Below are positions 25,723 through 38,975 of a stretch of 64,000 bases of DNA, piece by piece. Source of the stretch: Marsupella aquatica (Eukaryota; Plantae; Marchantiophyta). The notes under the pieces are model-generated. The model was given only the letters and a program-made list of their open reading frames with translations. It searched no databases and was not told the origin of the DNA. The DNA lies in NCBI GenBank assembly GCA_973895155.1, contig OZ316892.1:26063233-26127232 (forward strand). Reading direction: 5' to 3'. Position 1 is the stretch's first letter. Every line of letters begins with the position of its first letter. The position numbers and the translations under genes are program-made.

Positions 25723-25859
25723 GTACACATATTTTGATGTGCGGTTACCGAGACTATAAAGTGGGCTGGTTGCCTCCTGAGCACCATGGTGTCGTACACA
25801 TATTTTGATGTGTAGTTACCGAGACTATAAATTGGGCTGGTTGCCTCCTGAGCACCATG
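25723..25859. repeat. Two ~72-bp tandem copies, with an inverted partial copy at ~25645-25665
   Basis: 'gtacacatattttgatgtg..gttaccgagactataaa.tgggctggttgcctcctgagcaccatg' occurs twice. 'ggtaatcacacatcaaaatgtg' upstream is its reverse complement. Confidence 0.8.
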
Positions 25860-27949
25860 ACCATGTTGAATTCAGGGACACGCATAGATAACTACGTGGG
25901 GATCGAGGTCGAGGGAATGGAGTCTCTGACAGGTGCATGTGTACAGGAGTAGGTGGTAAAGCTATCTGACCGATGTACATAAGTGGGTCGCCGGGACAGA
26001 GGGCCCTGCAAGTCCAGACATCTACATGGGGAGAGGGGATTGGCCTGGGCTCTGGAAAGTGATGTACAGGAGGGTCTATGCACACAAGTCGGTGGCCAGA
26101 GAGGGCCCTGCAAGTCCAGTACATGGGGGGGAATAGGGGCTCTACTGTAGAAGTCAAGTGATGTACATTAACGCCCTTGTGTTTGTTTCCCTCAACGGCC
26201 CCATCAAGACTTTCTTGTGCATAGCTCACTTTCTGGGGAGGAAGCTTCCTTGAGGCTTCTGAAGTCAGGAACCTTTAGAAACATTTGACAGATGACATCA
26301 TTTCTCGATCGAAAACACTGGGACCAGGCATGGCACCTAGCTGAAGGTCTCATTGTTGTCTGACAAAGAGGACAGCTTGTTGACAAAGAAGCACCCTCCT
26401 CTCCACGGTAAACAGGATCGACCAAACAAAGAACTAAAACATTTGAAGCACTTAAGATAACATGAACAGCAGGGGATGCAGATGGAACATTTGTCACACT
26501 CTCTAAGTCACATTTTCCATTCATCGGAGAGTTGGATGTTTTCTTTTGGTGTCGGCTTTTCTTAAGTTCAGGGGAGATCCAACTTCAGACTCCTCAACTG
26601 AAACAATTATGGTAGAAAGCCATATATACCATTAACGAGCCAGCTCGCTCCATGGGCTGCTAACGGATCGCTTCAATGGCGAAGCTGGCACTATCTGTTA
26701 GTCGTTGGGATTAGCTACAGTAGTTCCCCAGAGCCCTGCGTCTACACCCAACTTCTCTAGCTTAGCGGAGGTCTCCTGTAAATGGGCCACCTGAGGGTTC
26801 CCGGAGAGCAAACCAAAAATTTTGTATCGCGTTTGAAGTTTTCCAAAGTTTTGGTTCAATACCAGCCCACAAATGTCTTCGACTGCAGAGAAGAAAACTA
26901 CAACGTCATGCAGCCGACACCACCGACTTTAGAATTCTGTACTTTTTTTACTAGCCCAATTTTGTCCTCTGGACATTACATGAAAGAATTATTCCAATAT
27001 AAGGGGTAGTGCGAAGGAATGTGTCAAACATATTACCGGTACGTACGGGTTGGAGCAAGATTTTTAATGATATTGTGGTTATTGGCCCAGTCCAGTTGCG
27101 AGATCACTTTCTTCAGCAAGCCACTGGGCCTCGTCAATGTTCTCACTCTGGGAAGCGGATTTAGTCATTGAATTTATCCGGGAAGAGTAGATTATCACTT
27201 AAAAATAGGGTCTCCTTATCCATCAGAAAAGGAAGTAGAAAATGCTCGGAATAAAACCGGTAAGCTAGCACCATGATTATCAGATTATTTTATATAAGCA
27301 TCGTTAAATTTTCACCAGCTACGACCCCGGCTTTGACAGCTGTACGTTTGATAAGGCAAAGCAGTTAGTCCTCATGCAAGTGTCACTTCTGTCATCGAGG
27401 TCTGATCAAAAGCAACTATGGAGTGATTTGCAAGCACTTTGAAAGTCGTTTCTAGGTCGTCTGCAGATCCTTGACTACAGCAGCTGGTTGTAGAGTCATG
27501 TGTCCAGCTCAGGACCGAGCTTGCAGAAAACACTAATGATTGAGTTGACAGAAGAGCACCTGTCTCGTATGCATCTAGTTATTTATGTTCGAGACTTGGC
27601 TCTCGGTTTCGATTCACATGTAAAGTTTTTGAGTCTAGATTCCAGTCGGACGATCCTTTCTGATTGGGGACGAAACTAAGGGACGGCGTTCGGAACTGAG
27701 CCCCGCCATCGCCCAGTTCTAGCTCGATTAGGGACTGGTCGGAGAAGTTTTGAATATCACATGCATCGATCGACAAGCACATATATGGTGAAAACATCCT
27801 TGAGTTGCCCGGTAGTTGAGGGCTAGCTGCAATACTTTGAACTGGTAGTTACGATTTACTCAATACATCACTTAATTCCAGCGATGTGCGAGGCGCTATG
27901 ACATCAGATCTTCAATTCCCCTTGCACTCGATTCTGCACGTCTATTGCA

Positions 27950-28282
27950 GGTAGAGATAAGCTTGTGGTCCATGTGCAATCTTTTTGCCTTGAAAAATCA
28001 TTTTGAATTCCATGGGGAAGAGCCCCAGGTTCAATCCCCCTCCACATGTGCAAGGGTTGTGGAGTGTGAGTGGGGTGTAGTGGTGGGAGTCCTGCTTTCT
28101 TTGCAGCCCCTCTGGCTAGTCGGCTTTGGAGCTCTAGTCCAACCCTCTCTCTCTCCTGGTACTGGGTATGACCCCCCTTGTGGGCTACCCTATAAAGGTG
28201 CATGCTCCGGACGCATGCACTTGATCGTCTAGCCTTTGTTGGATGGGTCAGCTTCGGTATTCAAGACAAACCCAAAAAAAAA
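27950..28282 (+). mobile_element. Possible tRNA-derived SINE remnant
   Basis: A B-box-like GGTTCAATCCC lies at about 28027-28037 and an A-tract at about 28274-28282. No convincing A box or TSD. Confidence 0.3.
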
Positions 28283-29334
28283 GGCAGCAGTCCATGTGCA
28301 ATATATCTTGGAAAAGTATATAATTATCACAGTGAGTGCCAAAGAACATAATAGTCAACCAGGGAGAGAGTGTAGCAAAGGCAATCTGAGATCGAACCAA
28401 TGAAGGCGGCAAAAGAAAAGGGAACGACCCAACAAGACCAAAGATGCAAAACAGCCCCCACAACCACAAAAAACACCTTTCTAGCTTCCTGACAAGAATT
28501 ACCAACTAAAACCCCAGTAGGTGACACTAAATTAAAACTCTATTGGGCAGAAAACAGAAATCCCCGGTAAAACTCCAAAAGTAAACCACACACATGGTCA
28601 CAAAAATGAATCTGTCTACTGTCCCTAAATCCAACAGCTTCTGTTTACCAAAAATAGTGAATTAAAGACTGAGCTCTCTCAAGTGCAACTGACGTCTTTG
28701 AGAAAGTGCAGAATTTGAAATTTAAAATTCAACATGATATTCTTCAACTGAAGGCAATGGACCCTGCAGAAGCGCTTATTTAACCCTACCCCCTCATAAC
28801 TGAAGTATTGTTATCCTAAACTATAATACAAGGTTGTGCCAATTCTTAGAGTGGCCGTCATTCAAATTATTCAAATTTGCAGGGTACAAAAAATAAGAAA
28901 TCTGGTACAAGGGAGGAACGAAAAAGAATCACACCAATGTCCAACTAGGAGGGAATCAAATGGGATAAGCAAACCAAAAAAGTACATCACTAACACAATG
29001 GACAAGGATCAAGGAGGATCCTTTCTCCATGATCCATGACAGGGAGTATTGTACACACTCAATAAGGTGTATATATTCAATAGAGTGAGATAATGGATAG
29101 TTTCCTTGTAATATTGGTAGGATTTGAATTTCAAATACTATTTCAGTCAATAGGGGACTGCATACACTAATCAAATAAAACATTATTCTCCGAATATTTA
29201 GTGTGATTTTTTACATTCATTTTTTGTGTCACTTTCACTGCCAAAAAAATTAAACTAAGTTATAAGGTCCAAAGATATCGTAAAGATCATGACACTGGTG
29301 TTGATGGCAAGGTGTCAGGCAATGGGCACACTTT

Positions 29335-30120
29335 TACTTGACGACATCTTTTTACTTCATAATCTCTTTCACATAACGACCCATTTGGCACCACATCATC
29401 TTTTTACTCGACGCCATCATTTTATTCATGACATCTTTCACATAATGACATCTTTGGCAAAATGACTCTTTTTTTAACGACAATTTTTTACTTGACGACA
29501 TCTTTGGCAAAATGATTTATTTTTTCTTAACAACATCGTTTGACTTGACAACATCTTTCACATATAAATACATCTTTGCAAAACAACTTCATTGTTCTTA
29601 ACGACATTTTTTTCCTTCACAACATCTTTCACATAACAACATCTTGGGCGACATGACATCATAAATTGTGTAACGCACGGGTATTGAACTATTTTGTACT
29701 TAACAACATTGTTATACTTAACAAAATTAACCTTTGGCATAACGACATCATTGGCAACAAGATCTCTATTTTTCCACAACTCTTGGCCAAGATGACATCT
29801 TTTGTTCCCAACAACTTCTTGGCCGACCTAACATCTTTTGTTCTCACTAACATCTTGGCCGACATATATGACATCTTTTGTTCTCAATCACATCTTGGGC
29901 GACATAACACCTTTCTTCTCAACTACCTCTTGGCCGACACAATGATATCTTTTGTTCTCAACCCCGTTCTCAATGACATATAGGTGGCATCTTAGGTGAC
30001 ACAACATCTGACTTCTCAATGACCTCCTGGCCGACACGACATGTTTTTCCTCAACAACCTCTTGGCCAACATGACCACTTTTGTTCTCGATGAAATCTTG
30101 ACCGACACGACATCTTTTGT
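29335..30120. repeat. Degenerate ~35-45-bp tandem array ('acgacatctt' / 'cttggccgaca' units), TE subterminal-like
   Basis: More than 15 recurrences of ac(g/a)acatctt(t/g) interleaved with T-tracts. Confidence 0.75.
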
Positions 30121-31968
30121 GCAAAGCATGGGTATTCACATCATGAACTTGATAAAAGCACATCTCCCAAAAGCGCCATTTTCAAGACAGGAACCAGAAT
30201 TCTAATGCAACGAGAAAGAAAAAGGACCAAGGGATTTTCTCAATCAACCCTCTCCTGCAAAACTTTTACTCAATCGACCCCCTCCAAACTTTTTTCCCTA
30301 ATCGACCCCCTCTTCATGACCCGTACAGAATGCTCTTGTAAAACTTCTTATACCGTGTGTTTTTCATTTAGAAGCACCAAACTGGGTGCATTGTGACCAT
30401 ATGCCTCAACCACGAACCATACAAATATTTGACAGTGAATCGCGCCCGTTACCGGGGCTTGAACTGAGTGCAGGCAATATTGTGGAGGCATGTCGCTTCT
30501 TCTTGCAGCGCTTGTACGTCAATATTAGGGCTTTTCAAATTTGAAGAATTCATGCCAATGTTTTCACAATGTAAACCTCATCTGTTGCAATATTCTCTTA
30601 TTACGTTGTTTTCATTCATTCATGCAAGAACAATGACGAGACTTTCACGAGGCACACGCATCTGCCAAATTTAATTGCATAGGAAAGCAAGGTACTATTG
30701 TGCAGATTGTTGAATGTAGGTGTCAGTTTCTGGAACGTGTAAACTGGTGAGACAACGTCAGTTCCTGGAACGTGTAAGCTGAGGAAACAACATCAGTTCA
30801 TGGCCTGCAGAGTGCATGTGGTTGAGTTTGGATTTTTTACCTTTCCTTTCTTCATGTTTTCAGGTGACCTCTGCCCTTTACTGATGCGCGCATTGAAGTA
30901 CAGGATGGTAGGGGATGTAAGTGAACTCAATCTTTGGCGTAGACTCAGGATGGTAGGGGATGTTTGTGAGGTGGACATCCCTGATTCTTAAAAGGCAATC
31001 ACCAGAAAGAGTTAGGGGGGTCCTTGATTCACAAAGGCAAACACCACAACGAGCTAGGGGGGAACGACAAGAAGACATCTAAAAACTCTGACATTAATCC
31101 TGGATGGGAAGAGTCCCTGAAGAAGGTGAAATATATTTATATGCAATTCAAGTTGTTGTTGTGTATGCTATATTAATGATTGAATTGCCATAGATCATAA
31201 CCTGGGTCCTGATTTGAACTTCCATGGCTTACTATGCAAGGTTCCATTGGAAGATGTTGACGTTACATGATAGCACTACTCTCTGAAGATTGATGTTGTA
31301 CCTAAAGACGTTCTCCATTATGTCTTCACATTCATATATTCTATAATGCCCTTGGCAATGGAAGCGGAGGCGGCTTGCATGCAACTGGGCGAGCGTGTTA
31401 GCAATTTTGATGATTTTGATAGATGTCTGGACTCATGGGCTGTCATGCATGGCCGGGTAGTGTATAGACTTAAAACTTTCTCCAATTTTTGAACAAGGGT
31501 CTGTCGATTTAGTAAAATTGCTCATCAACATAAAAGTAAGTCAAGTCGGATGTTGAATCCGGGGGTACATCCGAGTCCTTTGTTTTGTAGTCCTTCAATG
31601 GATTGTGAAGGACCCTAAGGTAACTCGCTTACACCATTCAAACTTAAGCCTGGAGGCGGGGTATACATGTGCTCAATCCGCTTCCATGGTGGCAAATCAA
31701 GTTGCGGAGGAGTTTTGCGCACAAACCTCAGTCTTAGTTGCCCTCTGTGCTTGTCCACACCACAAGCTGCCCAGTTCACTGCCTTGAACTTCAAGATGCA
31801 CTCATAGTATAGTCCCTTGGAAAATTAACCTCTAGAGTGTACTGCTGGAATTTCTCGATCCCATCTAATGCACAGATCAGATTGTGGATGTTCTCAGCAG
31901 GAATCCCCACAATCCCTTCCTTTTTATAACCATTCTTCTTGTCCTTCACTCCAAAATGCGCCTCCCCT

Positions 31969-32162
31969 GGGCCCTTAGTCTTAACTAAGACGTGGAGTAC
32001 GTGCGAACGCTCAAAGAGTAGTTTTTATTAATTTTGAACTAATAGTTATAATTATTACCGGTAATAAGGGAACTTTTAATAGTAAAATGGAAATAACAAG
32101 GGGTAAACAGGAAAAGGGCCCAATCGCAAGGGGGTACGCTTCTCTTACACTGAGTGAGGGCC
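31969..32162. mobile_element. ~195-bp MITE-like element, copy 1
   Basis: It is a direct-orientation near-copy of 34823-35017 with ends gggccctta...tgagggcc (short TIR). It interrupts a decayed minus-strand reading frame. Confidence 0.75.
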
Positions 32163-34138
32163 AAGGGTGCGCCTTCAATGCTGCAGGTGGCACATCTTTG
32201 GCAGTGATTGAGGTCTTTTGGGATCTTTCCCTCATTAGGCAAGCCAATCACATGGTGGAGGTAGTCAAGGTCCTTCGCAAAGTCGTCAACGGTCCACCCC
32301 CGTTCAGGATGCTTCTCAGGAGAAATGGCCAACTTGGACGGACCAGGTTTGTCACGACACTGTGAGTCCCTGAGCGGTGGTATAGTCATCTGGCTAAGCG
32401 GCTGCTCCGGTCTGCCAAGTTCAATGAAACTAATGACAACTAACTAGCATCAGAGAGAAATGTATGCTTTCCACCTCTTGCCCAAGTTCAAATGTTGCCT
32501 AATGCAACTGACAAATGCGGGATGATTGTATAAATTAACATGACGGAGACTCTCACAAAGTTCAATCCCCTGATGTTGAACAAATGATAAGGGCATGAGC
32601 GCCATACTAGATCCAAACCTGAGCTTCATCCCCTTGTGTCAAAAGATTCATAGGGCAAGAGCATTGAAGTATACCTGTCTGTTCGGCTCTAACTCCCGCA
32701 CCTCCCGGCTCCAATGTAAGTTGTCCTAGCTCAAACGCCTAAAATGCAAGTTCTAGCAACATTTCCACAATTGAATTAGTGTACATGGCGGAGACTCCAT
32801 CTCAGGACTTTTAATCCCCTGGCGTTCAACATATTTTAAGGGCAAGAGCGCCATACTATACGGACCTAAGCTTAATCCTCTTGCCTCAAAAGATTATAAT
32901 GACAGGACCAAAATATACCAGTCCTGTCTGAGCTTAGGGGACATTCGGCTCAAGCGCCTAGTGCAGCATCCACACCTCCTAGCTCTAATGTTGTTTGCCC
33001 CGTGCAACTCCCGCACCTCCTAGCTCTAATGAGGCCTGCAAACAACAAAGAAATCATGTCAATTGTAAACATCAATGGCTAAGGCACCAACAATGTCAAA
33101 TCCTGGAGGGGCAAACAAAATTTTACAACTATCCACAAATCAAAAGCAACCAAATCAAAGCCTGCGCAAATAAAGTTACTCTGGCAATCAAAGAACTCAA
33201 TCCGATGTTGTCTCATTGTCCATTGATCATGCTAGCTCACCAATTACTGATCACACACCTGCAGGCTCCAATCAATCACACAAACTTGGAAGCACCATTG
33301 AATGCGCAACAAGCCTACGTTCTTTGCAGAATTGCGGCAGCGCACCGGTTCGCCTTGCTCAACTTCGGAGGCAAACATTCAGCCGTGACCAACAATCTCC
33401 TGCATTGCTCTATGAACTTAGGGTCCTAATCTTTCTTGCAAACTAAGGGCGGTCAGGATCATACAATGCTCGCCCTAAACCTCCCACCATTGATCTTCAT
33501 AATCCAACGATGGATTAGAGGTAGTACAATTTCAAATTCCTTCCCACCATAACCTGGACAAAGTCTAGTAAAGCAGTTGCGCTCACGTTGCCCTCATCAT
33601 TGTACTCTGACGAGTCAATAGTACTCTGGTAGTTACAACTTACTGAGTGGACTACTTTTGAATTTGATTTTTTTCAAACTCACTTCCCTTCTTTAAGGTA
33701 CTACTGTACGCTTCAAAATGGTATTACAAATAGGTATTGAGATGGGTATTAAAGTTGCTCAACTTAGACCCACTCTATCTTGCTTTGAGCCTGTTGCAAC
33801 CTTTTTTTGCCATGGTTGTCATTAAAAAATGCAGTGCCAACAAAAAAGGTAATCAATAAACAGAAGGGATAAAACCAAAAGCAAATTCAATATAGAGTGG
33901 ACTAAAATGACAGGAATACTTCACACAAAAGGGAATGAAATGATGTAAACAATGCACAAACAATGGAACTAACCCTCTTACATTGAGTGCACATACAGTG
34001 TAATCATGACTAAAAGTAGTTGAGCAAAGTTTTCCCTTCATTTCATAGTGTTTATAGTTTATAGCCCTGGTTTTTGTTTACTGTATTCATATCAACCATG
34101 AATGACTCATGCTTGAACACTACCAATTAAACTATACA

Positions 34139-34292
34139 AACCCTATCTAAACCCTAAGCCAATACCCTAACTCAAGTAAGGTATACAATTAATTAACCCT
34201 AAACCCTTATCCAATACCCTAACTCAAGTAAGGTATACAAAGAATAAACCCTAATCCCTTATCCAATTAATACCCTAACTCAAGTAAGGTAT
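34139..34292. repeat. Three ~50-55-bp tandem copies containing telomere-like CCCTAA(A)
   Basis: 'aataccctaactcaagtaaggtat' occurs at about 34161, 34213 and 34269, with aaaccctaa between copies. Confidence 0.8.
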
Positions 34293-34822
34293 CATTTCTT
34301 GCACTACAATACAATTGTGGAAAGGGTTTAGGGTTCAAGATACCACCTTCAAGTTCACATTAAGAAGGATTTACTGTGTAGTATATCACAAAGACAATGA
34401 CCACATTGTCTTTGTAAAAGCACCACTGTGGGCCATTCATACTGCCAAAATGAGAAGTAGGGAAGGTTAGTACATTGAGTGCATGTAGTGTGGCATGAAG
34501 ACATTAATGACCACAATGTCTTTTGGAAAGCACGACTCTTGGTGAAGAAGACCATTCAACGTTGTCCATGTTGTATTCTGATTGTCACCATATTATACTG
34601 AAGCTACTCTAGGTCAATATTATTTGAAGTGGGGACGTGAAGACACTTATGATAATGTGTAATGTGTACTCAATTTACGTCCCCTCCCGCACATGACATG
34701 ACCCATAACTACTCACATCACAACATAGACTTTGCATCAGATCATTAATAGACTTTGCTTGCATTTTATTCATAAAGGTTTTGGTACAAGTACTACGATT
34801 GCAGTGTTGCAGTCTGTGCCTT

Positions 34823-35017
34823 GAGCCCTCAGTCTTAACTAATATGTGGAGGACGTGCAAACACTCAAAGGGTAGTTTTTATTCATTTTAAACTAATAAT
34901 TATAATTATTACCTGTAATAAGGGACCTTATAATGGTAAAATGGAAATAACAAGGGGTAAACACAAAAAGGGCCCGATCGCAGGGGGTTCCACTTCTTTT
35001 ACATGGAATGAGGGCCC
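34823..35017. mobile_element. ~195-bp MITE-like element, copy 2
   Basis: Ends are gagccctca...tgagggccc and the interior is nearly identical to 31969-32162. Confidence 0.75.
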
Positions 35018-35279
35018 AGGGAGTCTATGTGTGGATATGCTTGTCCTCCAATGATCGAAGCTATATTGATCTATTCCACCACCCTGGTTCACACTCACTG
35101 AAGTACCGCTCAATGGAGCACCGAAGCTACCGCAGAAAATGCTAAGTGTGACATGGGAAGTCCAGGGAGTCAATCATAAAAAAAGGGAAGGGTGCGTAAG
35201 TCATTGGATGGCCTCCATGAATGTATCCTACAAAGTTGCCATTTGGGAGACGCCATGCAAAAGTTGAGATGGCCCAAAC

Positions 35280-38200
35280 GTGTCTACATTGTCACCATCA
35301 TCTACTAGGATTTCATGCAAGGCAGTTGGTTCGGAAGGTGCTCTTCTACCTCTCCCTTGCCCCTCCCCCCCCTCCACTTGTCATGCTTTTGCTTCGCTTT
35401 TGTTTTCCTCTCACTCTCTCTTGAACCTCTGAAGCTGCTAAGTCATCGTCTTTGGGGTGCAAAAACACAACTTTTGTTGCGGGGTTGACTGCCAATAAAG
35501 GAACAATCTGCAATGCCTGGCTCATACCCTTGCTTGATGTAGAGGCCTGCTTCCTCTTCCTTGAGGCCCGCCTTGAGGCTACAACGGGTACTAAGGACAA
35601 AGCAGGTTCTTCCTATCGTCACAATCCAAAGGGACATTAGAAGACATCCAAAGTGGAGGTTTTCACATTCCACAGTGAAGCAATTGCACAACAATAATGG
35701 GGAGGAATTTTGCCCTCACACATCAATGCATACCTGAGAGGGGTTGGTTGCTGGTGCAGGGTCTGGTGTTGGCGCAGGTGTCGGGGCAGGTGTCATGACA
35801 GGTGCCGGTGCTGGTCCTGGTGTAGGGGCATGTGCTAGTGCTTCTCTAGGGATAGGGGCAACACCAGGTGTTGGTCCTGGTGTAGAGGCAACTGCTGATG
35901 CTGGTCCAGGGGCAGGAGCACGTGCTGAGAATTCATCTGTTGGAAGAAAGGGTGGGGAAGGCTCCACTGCATTTCCCTTTCTCTTTTGCCTTCCGCTTGC
36001 TTTTTCCCTTTGTCTTGCTCACTACAATCCAAAGCAGCATCAGAAGACATAAACAAACAGGTATTCACAGTAATGAGCAAGCAGACAACGCTAATGAGAA
36101 GGAATGTGGCCAAAGACATGAAGGCTTACCTGGGAGGAGTCAATTGGCAGTGCAAGGATTGCTAGTGGCACTAGTGTTGGTGTTGGGGACACAGCTGATA
36201 CACCCCTTCCCCTTCTACTTCCTCCCTGCAATGGACAAAATGAGTAGGTGACATAGAAGACATAGGGGGTTGAGTATTCAACCCTTGCAAACCAATATGA
36301 ATAGAACAAAATGTACATTTAGAAGCAAATTGGTTGAATCCATGTATTCAATGTATGCAAACCAGGAATGTTAAGATACACAATGAGGCTGACCTGGGCA
36401 GGGATTTCTGCCGGTGCCGGTGCTGATCCTGGTGGTGGTGACTCCACTGCTACAACCCTTCCCCTTCTTCCCTGGAATGAAGAAATAGTATTCGAGTGCA
36501 TGCCAAAGACAATGAGGTTCATGTATTAAGCATTGCAAAGTAACTCCACCAACCAATTTATATGAAAGTCAAAGGCAGACCTGGGAGGGGTTGGTTGACG
36601 TTGGAGGGACCGGTGCTGCTACTTGTACTGGTACTTGTGATTCCACTGATACAACCCTTCCCCTTTGTCTTACTCCCTACAATATATGATAAAAATGCTT
36701 AGGGCAGTACAAAAACATTGGGGTTTGTGTATTCAGGAATTGCTTCCAACAAAAAATAAATATAAAACACAAAGGCATACCAAGGAGGGGTTGGTTGATG
36801 TTGGAGGGGCCGGTGTTGCTGCTTGTGCTGGTGACTCCATTGTTACAACCCTTCCCTTCCTCTTCTTCCCTAGAATGAAGTAGTAGGATTGGAGTGCATG
36901 CCGAAGACAATGAGATTTATGTATTCAGACATTGCAAAGCAACTCCGGCCGCCAACCAATTTACATCAAAGACTAAGGCAGACCTGAGAGGGGTTGATTG
37001 ACGTTGGAGCGGCCATTGTTGCTGCTCTATTGGTGATGGGGACTCCACTAACACACCCCTCCCCCTTCATCTTCCTCCCTACAATATATGAGGAAAATAT
37101 TTAGGGGAGTAAAAAGACATTGGTGTTTGTGTATTCAGACCCTAGATTGCAATTGATGGACGTACTTCCAAGTAAGCCATGGACGGTGATCTTGGAGGGG
37201 TTGGTTGCTAGTCCACAGGCTTGTGGTGTTGGTGCTGATATTATGGACTGAGGCAAGGCCTCCACAGCTACACTCCCTCCTCCCTCCAATGCAAACAATA
37301 TATGCTTAAACATATCCGAAGACATTGAGGGTCATGTATTCAGGATGGGCAAAGAAATTCTGGAAGCAATTGAAGCAAAGGAATGAAAGGCAGTTGACAT
37401 GGGAGGGGTTGGTCTCGGGTGCAGGGGCTGGTGCTGGTGCTACTGCTACGGACTGAGGGATAGTGTCCACTACTACATCCCATTCTTCCTGCAAATGAAT
37501 GAACAAAATGCTAAGGGGAATCCGAATACATTGAGGCTCATGTATTGAGGATCTATAAGGAAATTCCAGAAGAAATTTGATCAAAGAAGGTAAGGCTGAG
37601 TCCTCTACCTCTCCATACGCTTCCAGGATATTTTGGAGACTTGTAAGCACTTCAGCCTATTGCAGGTTCAGGCCATTTTCTTCATGAACATCATGAAGAG
37701 GACGCTCAATAGGATCCATAGCAAGATCCTCAGTAGGATGAACAAGATCATCAATAGGATCCTCCTCATCCTGAACATGTGAAGGTTCCTCATCACCACT
37801 AACTTGAACGTCGTGAACGACCTGAGTGTCACTATCATGGTCATTTACCAACAAACCCCACTTCTCAGGCCCTCATAATTGTTGCCATCGGATGTGTCCT
37901 CCCACTCTTCATTGACTCCAGCCTACAGACAGTGGAGAGAGCTTAAGCATGTAATATATATACAGACAAGAAGCAAACATTGCAGGAAGTGAAATCAAAT
38001 GTTCATACCTCCTTTCTTGCGGCCGAATCGGTCATTCCTTGACTTTTGTACTTCTGCAGCAAATTGTTAGTGGCCTTGGCTATACTGATGGGCTTCTACT
38101 CTTCTTTCCACTCGCTATAATCCTCGTATGCAGCTTCAAAGTTGACTTCTTTGGGGCCGTGTTTCCATTGCAGAAGCGCTCATTTTTTACTCAAGTATTA

Positions 38201-38750
38201 AGCGTGTCTGAGATAAGAGCCTTTCGAACGTCATCATATTGCATCAGCTCAAGTGGCTCATCTGCAACAACACCATACTTCTTTTTCAACAATGCCTTCT
38301 TCCGCAACTTCGTCTGTCTCCACCAAAGCTGCACAGTGGATCTCAGCCAGTTCCAAGATGCCTCATTGTTGTCCTTCCTCACATTTGGCCCAGGGGCGTT
38401 ATGTTTGTTGCCAATCGGAGTGGAGAAGTCAGATTTTGAGGACAACCAAGGTTTGCCCGCCTCCAATAGTGCAGTTGGCAACACCAATTTGTGTGTTCCG
38501 TCCATGTGGGTTTGGAAACCAGCAAAGGAAAACAATGACCGAGACTTGTGAGCACCTACAATGCAGACAAACACTTGCTTGCCATTGGCATCAACACGAT
38601 GCCGGCCGGAAGTGATCATCTTCCTTTGCTACCTCAATTACTCTAACTTGTGGCGCCATAGACCCGACCATAGATAATGAGCAACTACCTTGGTTGGCCT
38701 CAAAATCAAACCCAACCTCTCCAACCAATGACCTTCAATTGTGTCTTGTG
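35280..38750 (-). pseudogene. Decayed multi-exon gene of unknown family (possibly TE accessory), with a C/H-rich exon and an array of tandem Pro/Ala-rich mini-exons
   Basis: ORF 38191-38619 contains FVC..H..FAGFQTHMDGTH. An acidic exon lies at about 37657-37854. About 8 related ag|G(R/K)RGRVV..ES..PAP..TNPSQ|gt exons lie between 35733 and 37490, followed by a basic exon at ~35600-35346. Several stops and mutated splice sites are present. Confidence 0.55.
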
Positions 38751-38975
38751 CTGCAAAAGTGGAAGACATATATGTAATGGTATTTGAACAATACAAAACA
38801 GGGCTCAGACATTCATGTCATGGTATTCCAAGAATGCGGAAGCAATTGAATAGGAAGACATTAATGATACCATGGTACCAGTCCAGCAATGCAAAAAAAT
38901 AGTGAGGCATTGTCAAACACTTGTCAAGGAGCTTAAGCATCTTTTCCCCTAAAAAACTACCTAATACTTGCTCCA

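Noticed and set aside
26204-26524. Possible RING-like remnant (CPLC)
   Set aside because: Only one Cys pair is convincing, which is not enough to call.
34139-34292. Interstitial telomere
   Set aside because: It has only isolated CCCTAA(A) motifs inside a longer unit, not a telomeric tract.
35744-36052. Gly/Ala-rich plus-strand ORF
   Set aside because: It is the antisense shadow of the Pro/Ala-rich minus-strand exon.
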